Assembly (NCBI GenBank): GCA_963666275.2
Contig: CAXXOA010000002.1
Span: 1,856,001 to 1,920,000 of the forward strand
Direction: 5' to 3'
Source of the DNA: Oceanispirochaeta sp.
Lineage (GTDB): Bacteria > Spirochaetota > Spirochaetia > DSM-2461
Length of the DNA: 64,000 nt
The notes below the pieces were generated by a model, which worked only from the letters and a program-made list of their open reading frames with translations, was not told the DNA's origin and ran no database searches. The translations under genes were made by a program, and so were the position numbers. Of this stretch, positions 57,536 through 64,000 are shown one piece after another. Within the stretch, counting starts at the first letter, position 1; every line of letters starts with the position of its first letter.

Positions 57536-58576
57536 TTAAAACCTGTGTGTATAGGAAAGGGCTATTCTGTCCAGTTTGGTATAGGTGGAATCGTACTCCC
57601 TTGTCATGAAGAAAGCATCATGGATGGTTTCTTCGGTGTAGCGTTTCTGGGTTCTCATCTGGAAGAGAACAGTCAGGCTGTCGCTCTCGCTGAGGGCAAA
57701 GTTTGCCAGAGGGCCCAGGCGGGTTTTGACAAAGTCCGATCCCCAGCCGCCGTCTTCACTCATGGGGGACATATCCGCGGCATCACCCAGATACTGCTGT
57801 GTTTCCACCATGAAGCCGACAAAGTTTATTTTCAGGGGCATCTGGTAACCCAGAACATAGGTTCCGTAGTACTGGTATCCGTTGAAGTTCTCTCCCGCAT
57901 CGGCCTTGTAGAGCCAGGGATCATCCTCATCGGCAGCGGAAAAATTCTGGTATCGGAATTTAGCAGTCACAGAGGTAACCACATGATTCCATTCTCCGGG
58001 TAAGACCGAAGCCAGGTCAAACTGGAAGGTTCCGGCCAGCCAGAGGACAGATACCACTCCGGGGAAGGGATCGGTTTCTGCTATTCCTGTCCCGTCATTA
58101 TTGAGTCCGAGACCGTTGAATCCCATGGTCCATCCTGTTCCGATGGTATAGCCGGTTTCAAAATTGAGAAAGGCAATGGGAGTCAGTTTTGCTTTGAACT
58201 CAGCTTCCGCCACAACCGGTGCCAGATTGGTTTTCAGAGTCACAAGGAGATTGTTGCCTTTTGTCAGCGCTCCCGCTCCTGTAAGGAGTGGAATTTTGAT
58301 CCTGTGTTCGTAACTGGCCTGAAACTCGGCTCCACCCCATCCTGTGCCCAGATCCCTCCCTTCATCCTCGGCTCCGAAGGAGTTGATCAAAGGATAGGAG
58401 TCGGGAGCTTCAATGGGAGTGTAGGAGGGCCAGACAAGAGCGCTGTCGCTGTCTCCTCCTCTGTTGTTGTCAAAATAGTAGGCAGTCTGCAGACCGAAAA
58501 GATCGGTATGCTCAATAGTGGATTCTGCGCTTAGAAGCGAGAGGCTGCAAAGCAGGAGAAGTAGAAGCTTTTTCAT
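57536..58576 (-). CDS. Hypothetical exported protein, probable outer-membrane beta-barrel
   Basis: MKKLLLLL signal peptide, amphipathic beta-strands, C-terminal YTHRF. Confidence 0.65.
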   Translation of the reverse strand: MKKLLLLLLCSLSLLSAESTIEHTDLFGLQTAYYFDNNRGGDSDSALVWPSYTPIEAPDSYPLINSFGAEDEGRDLGTGWGGAEFQASYEHRIKIPLLTGAGALTKGNNLLVTLKTNLAPVVAEAEFKAKLTPIAFLNFETGYTIGTGWTMGFNGLGLNNDGTGIAETDPFPGVVSVLWLAGTFQFDLASVLPGEWNHVVTSVTAKFRYQNFSAADEDDPWLYKADAGENFNGYQYYGTYVLGYQMPLKINFVGFMVETQQYLGDAADMSPMSEDGGWGSDFVKTRLGPLANFALSESDSLTVLFQMRTQKRYTEETIHDAFFMTREYDSTYTKLDRIALSYTHRF

Positions 58577-58625
58577 TAATAGTTCCTTGAATGGAATGAT
58601 AAAATAGTTCTCCTGTATTAGTAAA

Positions 58626-58655
58626 TAAAAAAAGCCCGGATCTTTTCCGGGCGGT
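58626..58655 (-). terminator. Terminator after the small ORF
   Basis: Minus strand GCCCGGA-AAAGA-TCCGGGC followed by T7. Confidence 0.8.
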
Positions 58656-58676
58656 TGAAAAAAGCGGGATTTTATA

Positions 58677-58841
58677 TCAGTCTTTCCAGTGAACCTGTAT
58701 TTTCTCATCTCCGATTTTGTGCTTAATGATCCCAGCCAGATTCAGAAGTTCATCTTTACAGCAGTCCACTGTTTGACCCTCTTTCAGTCTCTTTTCCAGT
58801 TCTCCGGCAAACTCCCTGATGGTTATTGTTTTTTCCGACAT
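58677..58841 (-). CDS. Small 54-aa protein missed by the ORF track
   Basis: AAGGAGG RBS, ATG, MSEKTITIREFAGELEKRLKEGQTVDCCKDELLNLAGIIKHKIGDEKIQVHWKD*, own terminator. Confidence 0.8.
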   Translation of the reverse strand: MSEKTITIREFAGELEKRLKEGQTVDCCKDELLNLAGIIKHKIGDEKIQVHWKD

Positions 58842-58923
58842 AAAAAATCCTCCTTCCTTCCAGTAAAGTCTAATGCATTCTGTTGAGGGTGCAAAAAAAA
58901 ATTTTCTTTTGTATAATGAACCT

Positions 58924-59565
58924 ATGAAAACCTGTCTGTGCCAAAAAAACCTGAATCGCAGATCTCTGATTCACAAGTATTATCATCCCCGTCTTTCCGA
59001 TGGTGACTATGATCATGAGAAGCTCGGCTGGGAGAGCAGGGAGGCCCAATTCCGCCGTTTCGAGGTTGTTCTGGACAAACTGGGATTTCGGGATATGACG
59101 ATTCTGGATGTAGGCTGCGGGCTGGGAAATCTTCTGGATTTCTGTCAAATGAAGGATCTTTCCGTTCATTATACCGGAGTGGATATTCTCCCGGATATGA
59201 TTGAAAATGCCAGTCGGAGGCACCCTGATGCCAGATGGTACTGCTGTGATCTTTTCAGTGAAAACAGACTATGCCATGAAAAATTCGATCTTATCTATTC
59301 TTCGGGGATCTTCAACCTGGATCTGGGAAATAACAGCCGCTTTCTTATGGACGCTCTGGAACTTTTTCTGGACCTGTCCAAGCGGTATGTGTGCTTCAAC
59401 CTTTTAAGCGACAGTTCTCCCGATCAGGAAAAAGGCTACTATTACTACTCAGAAAATAAGGTTTTAGAAGATATCCTCAAAAAATTCACACTAAAAGAAC
59501 ACAATATATCAATCGAATCAGATTATCTTGAAAATGATTTTACTGTTATGATTAAAAAACAGTAA
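58924..59565 (+). CDS. Class I SAM-dependent methyltransferase
   Basis: LGW.S..AQ..RF, ILDVGCGLG, YTGVDI...MI, FDLI.SSG.FN. Confidence 0.88.
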   Translation: MKTCLCQKNLNRRSLIHKYYHPRLSDGDYDHEKLGWESREAQFRRFEVVLDKLGFRDMTILDVGCGLGNLLDFCQMKDLSVHYTGVDILPDMIENASRRHPDARWYCCDLFSENRLCHEKFDLIYSSGIFNLDLGNNSRFLMDALELFLDLSKRYVCFNLLSDSSPDQEKGYYYYSENKVLEDILKKFTLKEHNISIESDYLENDFTVMIKKQ

Positions 59566-59586
59566 GAATTCATCATTCAAAATATT

Positions 59587-61359
59587 ATGCGTATAATAAA
59601 GAGTTTTAAAAATCACAGCCGTATCCTTATAGCTTTGCTGGCTGCTACATTTCTAATATTTATTTTTCTCCTTGTGGTATTAATCCTGGCCCAGTACTCC
59701 ATGGGGAAAATGGAAGAGGACTATTCACTGATCATTAATGATATTAACAAAACCTTCCTCCTTCTCCAGAATCCGGATCAATTCTCTGAGGAAGAAGTGG
59801 GGGAGAGTCTGGTTCAACTGGAGATGCTCCATGACGAGATAAGAAGTTCAGCTTTCTCTCTTACCAGAAAGGTCCTGCCCCGGGAGTTCCCCCCTGTTCC
59901 TGCGATCCGGTCTTCAGAAAATTATGAAGAGTTCTATAAGGCTTTGCGGAACTATACCACAGGAATCAGAGAGAATAAATTTCATGTGATCACTTCTCAG
60001 GTACAGACTATTTATCTGATCCTCGGACTCCTGCTGATCCTCATAATCCTCATAGGATATCTGACCCTCCACTATTTCCGCCGGTTCTATATTTTTTCCG
60101 CCTCCATAAGCAACGGGATCGGTAAGATAGACGCCCACTTGAATTACAGGAAAACAGACGAACTGAAACCGCTCCCTTCGGACTCCCTTGAAATCCGGGA
60201 CTTCTACGGAGCCATCAATAAAATCAACAGGGATATCTATCTGGATCAGCTTCTGGACAGCATTGAAACCTACGGCAAGCTTTCAGAAGTGGTGTATGCC
60301 ATTGTTCCGCTGATTGAGGATCATATTCCCTTTGACAGGATTGCTCTGGCTTTTCTGGATACCAAAGGGTATGTCACCGCCGAAGCGGCATATACACGAT
60401 ACAAAGAGCTCTTTCTGGATCCTGGTAAATCAGAGGAAATTTCCCGCACCGGCCTCAAGGCTCTTGTAAAGAGCAGAAAACCCCGGATCATCCCCGATCT
60501 TGTGAAGTATGCGGGGGGACGGGAAATTTCCGAATCCACCAGACTGATTCTGAAAGAGGGGATCCTCTCGAGTCTGACAGTTCCCCTCTTCAGCGGTGAA
60601 AGGTGTATAGGATTTCTGTTCTTTTCAAGCCGCACGGCGGGGATCTATAAAAACAAGCACCTTGTGAGAGCCAACAGGATTGGAAACAAACTGAAGAATC
60701 GCTTTTACAATGATTTCCTGACCCAGGAGATCATTGCGGAGACATCCCGGTCCTTTGTGACTCTTGTAAATGAAAAAGATAATGAAACCTCCACGCATCT
60801 TGAAAGGATGGCCCGTTATGCTTTCTTTATCGCCAGAACTCTATCTGACTCCTATGAAGAGCTGACGCCCCAGATGATCCGTGAAATCCGCTGGTTCGCT
60901 CCGCTCCATGATATTGGGAAAGTCGGAGTTCCCGATGCCATTCTGGGGAAGGCCGGGGCCCTGGAGGATCAGGAAGTTCAGATCATGCGGCAGCATGTGG
61001 AACTGGGTGAGAAAATCCTGAGATCCATGAATGGAAATCTGGGCTCTCTTCTGAATTCGACTCTTCTGGATACGGCTGTGGATATTATCCGCGGTCACCA
61101 CGAAAAGTTCGACGGTTCCGGTTATCCCTATGGTCTGAAAGGAGACGAGATCCCTCTGGCAGGCCGTATTGTGGCTGTGGCGGATGTATTCGATGCCCTC
61201 ACCTCAAAACGGGTTTATAAAGCGGCCTATACCATCGAAGAATCTCTGAGAATCATGAAAGAGGATATGGCCGGATCCTTTGATCTGACCATTATCCAGG
61301 GGCTCGAGCGGTCCATGGACGATATCAGAGTCGTATACGAAAGTCTCAGAGAGGTGTGA
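59587..61359 (+). CDS. Membrane-anchored GAF + HD-GYP c-di-GMP phosphodiesterase
   Basis: 2 TM; FDRI...SSLTVPL GAF; ET..H..R, LHDIGK, HHEKFDGSGYP, VADVFDALTS.R.YK. Confidence 0.93.
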   Translation: MRIIKSFKNHSRILIALLAATFLIFIFLLVVLILAQYSMGKMEEDYSLIINDINKTFLLLQNPDQFSEEEVGESLVQLEMLHDEIRSSAFSLTRKVLPREFPPVPAIRSSENYEEFYKALRNYTTGIRENKFHVITSQVQTIYLILGLLLILIILIGYLTLHYFRRFYIFSASISNGIGKIDAHLNYRKTDELKPLPSDSLEIRDFYGAINKINRDIYLDQLLDSIETYGKLSEVVYAIVPLIEDHIPFDRIALAFLDTKGYVTAEAAYTRYKELFLDPGKSEEISRTGLKALVKSRKPRIIPDLVKYAGGREISESTRLILKEGILSSLTVPLFSGERCIGFLFFSSRTAGIYKNKHLVRANRIGNKLKNRFYNDFLTQEIIAETSRSFVTLVNEKDNETSTHLERMARYAFFIARTLSDSYEELTPQMIREIRWFAPLHDIGKVGVPDAILGKAGALEDQEVQIMRQHVELGEKILRSMNGNLGSLLNSTLLDTAVDIIRGHHEKFDGSGYPYGLKGDEIPLAGRIVAVADVFDALTSKRVYKAAYTIEESLRIMKEDMAGSFDLTIIQGLERSMDDIRVVYESLREV

Positions 61360-61380
61360 TAGACAGCGGGGAAATGCTGC

Positions 61381-62595
61381 CTATTCCTCTTCCGGAGAGG
61401 CCGTACTCTGATTCAGAAGCTGCTGTATGATTCCGAATATCTGGTGATCTGCCTCAAAGACCTTTCCGAACTCGGCTGACGCCTGTTCCAGATCATTTCT
61501 GCCTTTTGATACTTTTTCGTTCAGCAGAGAGACCACACCCCGGTGATAGAGAAGATTCCCCAGGGCTTCCGGATCATCCCTGTATTTCTGGACCTGGGGT
61601 GAAAAAAAGTTTTCCAGGCGGCTGAGTCCCTGAAAGGCATTGAAGTGATTTAATATGGTCTGACAGGATTCGGGGCTGTGAGGATAGAGATCAAAGAGAG
61701 AGATGCTGTTGGCAACCGCGCCCTCCCAGTCTTCCTGAACAAGACAGATCTGAATCAGCCTTTCAGGAAAGCGGTAGTCTTTGGGAGATAGTTCCTTTCC
61801 CTCTTCCAGGTACTGCCGTGACAGGTCTCCATCTTCTTTCATAAGGGCAATGGTTGATCCCAGAAACAGGGCATCCGCTCTGTCCGGGGGAGATGATGGG
61901 GATTCCAGTGCCTTCTCTATGGCAATCCCTGCTTTTTCAGTATCACCCGCATTGGCGTAGGCTGTGGCCAGGTTATAGCGGTAGGTGGTGTTTTCCGGAT
62001 TTGCCTCCAGAGCCTGATTGAAATGCACCGCAGCAGAGGACCAGTCCTGTACCGTCAGTTCCGTATATCCCAGATTGGCGGAGAGATACTCATCTTTCTC
62101 GCCTAATTCCAGTGCTTTCCTGTAGTGGAGAATTATCTGATGCTGAAGCTCCTTTTCGCTCATTCCGCTCTCTTCTCCTATCAGATGAAGAACAGTGAAG
62201 TAAAACTCTCCCAGCCAGTAGTGAATCTCTCCATTGCCGGGATCTTCCTTCAATGCCGTGAGAAGTCCCCCGGCGGGATCAAAGAGCTTGACCTCTCCTT
62301 TTGGCTGATTCCGGCGGATATCCTTCAGGGTTTCTCCCGCTTCCAGATCATCAAAAGTAAAAGTCTGGAACATATTGGTGGAGCTGTAATAGCGGATGGA
62401 AAGGCGGGACTTCAATATCATCATATCGCTGAAGGGTATCTCTTCGGCATGGCTGTGAAGGGTCTCCCAGGCGGATCTGTACTGTTTCTGTTCTATCAGC
62501 TGACGTGTTTCAGCCAGGTAGTTTTCGGCGGTCTGTGCTGTAAGAGAAACAGATGAAAAGATGAAAATCCAAAGGATAAGGGTTTTATACTGCAT
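61381..62595 (-). CDS. Exported tetratricopeptide-repeat protein
   Basis: Signal peptide; HYWLG, ANLG, ALEANP.....RYNLA, LYHRG TPR-like helices. Confidence 0.8.
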   Translation of the reverse strand: MQYKTLILWIFIFSSVSLTAQTAENYLAETRQLIEQKQYRSAWETLHSHAEEIPFSDMMILKSRLSIRYYSSTNMFQTFTFDDLEAGETLKDIRRNQPKGEVKLFDPAGGLLTALKEDPGNGEIHYWLGEFYFTVLHLIGEESGMSEKELQHQIILHYRKALELGEKDEYLSANLGYTELTVQDWSSAAVHFNQALEANPENTTYRYNLATAYANAGDTEKAGIAIEKALESPSSPPDRADALFLGSTIALMKEDGDLSRQYLEEGKELSPKDYRFPERLIQICLVQEDWEGAVANSISLFDLYPHSPESCQTILNHFNAFQGLSRLENFFSPQVQKYRDDPEALGNLLYHRGVVSLLNEKVSKGRNDLEQASAEFGKVFEADHQIFGIIQQLLNQSTASPEEE

Positions 62596-62777
62596 GATTT
62601 TTTCTCCGGATGATCAGTATACCTGTATCTGAGAATTGAAGCCACCCTGTCTTTTTTCCGGATTATGGGAATATGATCATTTTTTTTCAGGAAAAAAATA
62701 TAGATTGCGTTTATATTTGATTCATAAATAAAGGAAAAACTATATGAGATTTAACTGTTAACAAAAGGAGACTGTTT

Positions 62778-63611
62778 ATGAAAAGGAAACCCCGGATCAG
62801 AACGATTATTCAGATTGTTTTCTTTTTCCTTATTGCCCTGATTGCTGTGAATCATACCCTGGCTGAATCAGGAAGGAGAATTCCCCTTGTGGCGGAAGCG
62901 TCGCTCCATGCGGTATGCCCCTTCGGCGGTGTGGTCAGTATCTATCAGCTTGTGACTACCGGGGGATTTGTCAAGAAAATACACGAATCCAGTCTGGTAC
63001 TGATGGTCATTGTTTTTGCCTCGGCTCTGCTGATGGGGCCTCTTTTCTGCGGCTGGATCTGCCCCTTCGGTACTTTTCAGGAGTTCCTGGGGCGGATCGG
63101 CAGAAAACTCTTTCCCCGGAAATACAACCGGTTTATACCGGCAAAATTCGACAGGTATCTGCGGTTCCTCCGGTATATCCTCCTGTTTCAGGTGCTGTAT
63201 ATGACGGCCCGGTCGGGTGAGATCCTTTTTGCCAATATCGATCCCTATTATGCTCTGTTTCAGTTCTGGACAGGAGAGGTTGCTCTCTCGGCGCTGATCG
63301 TGCTCGGGGTTGTGATGATCCTGTCGCTCTTTGTGGAACGGCCTTTCTGCAAATATGCCTGTCCCTACGGGGCTGTCCTCGGGATATTCAATCTATTCAG
63401 GATCATTCCCCTGAAGCGGAACAGCGCAAGCTGCATCAATTGTAAAAAATGCGACAGAACCTGCCCTATGAATATCACTGTTTCCACAGGGGATACCATA
63501 CGCAGTCATCAGTGCATCAGCTGTTACCAGTGCACCTCATCAGACGGTGTCTGTCCTGTTCCCGCAACGGTTGAATTCAGGTCCGGCAGTTTTCAGGAGG
63601 TTTCAGAATGA
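62778..63611 (+). CDS. Membrane 4Fe-4S binding protein (NapH/YccM-like polyferredoxin)
   Basis: CPFGG, FCGWICPFG, FCKYACPYG, CINCKKCDRTCP, CISCYQC. Confidence 0.9.
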   Translation: MKRKPRIRTIIQIVFFFLIALIAVNHTLAESGRRIPLVAEASLHAVCPFGGVVSIYQLVTTGGFVKKIHESSLVLMVIVFASALLMGPLFCGWICPFGTFQEFLGRIGRKLFPRKYNRFIPAKFDRYLRFLRYILLFQVLYMTARSGEILFANIDPYYALFQFWTGEVALSALIVLGVVMILSLFVERPFCKYACPYGAVLGIFNLFRIIPLKRNSASCINCKKCDRTCPMNITVSTGDTIRSHQCISCYQCTSSDGVCPVPATVEFRSGSFQEVSE

Positions 63612-64000
63612 AAGTGACAGCAAAGAGTGCGGCTCTGATCCTTCCCCTGTTTTTTGTCATCGGTATCGGATCCACCATGTTCAGCGGTTACTGGCGAACC
63701 GAGAGTTCCAAGGTCCCCGCCCGGTATACCGAAGGGGAGCTGGCGGGAGAATACAACCCGGCGGATATCAGAGGCTCCTATTCATTCGATGACATTGAAG
63801 AGGCTTTCGGAATTCCTGTGGAAACCCTGGCAAAGGCCTTCGGATTTTCCGATGCGGAGAACCCCGGGGCTATGCAGATTAAAACATTTGAAGAATCCTA
63901 CGGCAGTTCCGAAGCCGGGGAGATCGGGACAGACAGTATGAGATTCTTTGTCTCTCTCTACCTGGACAGACCCTATATCCCGGAAGAAGACACGCTCATT
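63608..64000 (+). CDS. Hypothetical membrane-anchored protein, truncated by the window end
   Basis: ATGA overlap and GGAGG RBS; MKVTAKSAALILPLFFVIGIG...WRTESSKVP...YNPADIRGSYSF, open to the end. Confidence 0.75.
   Translation, partial: MKVTAKSAALILPLFFVIGIGSTMFSGYWRTESSKVPARYTEGELAGEYNPADIRGSYSFDDIEEAFGIPVETLAKAFGFSDAENPGAMQIKTFEESYGSSEAGEIGTDSMRFFVSLYLDRPYIPEEDTLI

Noticed and set aside
58577..58860. Riboswitch or attenuator ahead of the beta-barrel gene
   Set aside because: The terminator is explained by the 54-aa ORF upstream, and no aptamer consensus was recognised

Overview
A gene-dense chromosomal window from a diderm, probably anaerobic, free-living spirochaete. The taxon is inferred from binding-protein N-termini such as FAEGQKE and SAGGQGD and from spirochaete-like hypothetical genes. 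In order it holds: a GntR(YtrA)-SPFH-LolCDE/MacB-like ABC operon; a GTAG-type REP cluster; a serA-like dehydrogenase; a PPC-trypsin protease; an ArnEF/ArnC/ArnT-like surface-glycosylation locus with a frameshifted ATP-grasp gene and a NitT/TauT ABC importer; a sulfur cluster (two exported rhodaneses, CoA-disulfide reductase-rhodanese, YeeE, tauCAB-like); a myo-inositol region; a PPDK_N/receiver protein coupled to gdhA; lemA-TPM-TPM; a chromate-transporter pair; a DUF559 endonuclease; and c-di-GMP genes. No rRNA, tRNA, CRISPR array or IS transposase was seen. Best candidate for a new system: the iol cluster (ABC, iolG, lacI, iolB, iolD, iolE) has no iolC, iolJ or iolA here. It shares a FadR-type operator with an adjacent operon encoding an atypical transaldolase, a SauS-like CoA-acylating aldehyde dehydrogenase and an acyl-CoA carboxyltransferase, which suggests a kinase-free 'inositol-transaldolase' lower pathway via malonyl-CoA. 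Second candidate: a DUF559 nuclease bracketed by REPIN-like hairpin doublets, with related copies elsewhere in the window, resembling a RAYT-REP system that uses a different enzyme. All family assignments come from motif recognition by eye; no database searches were run.
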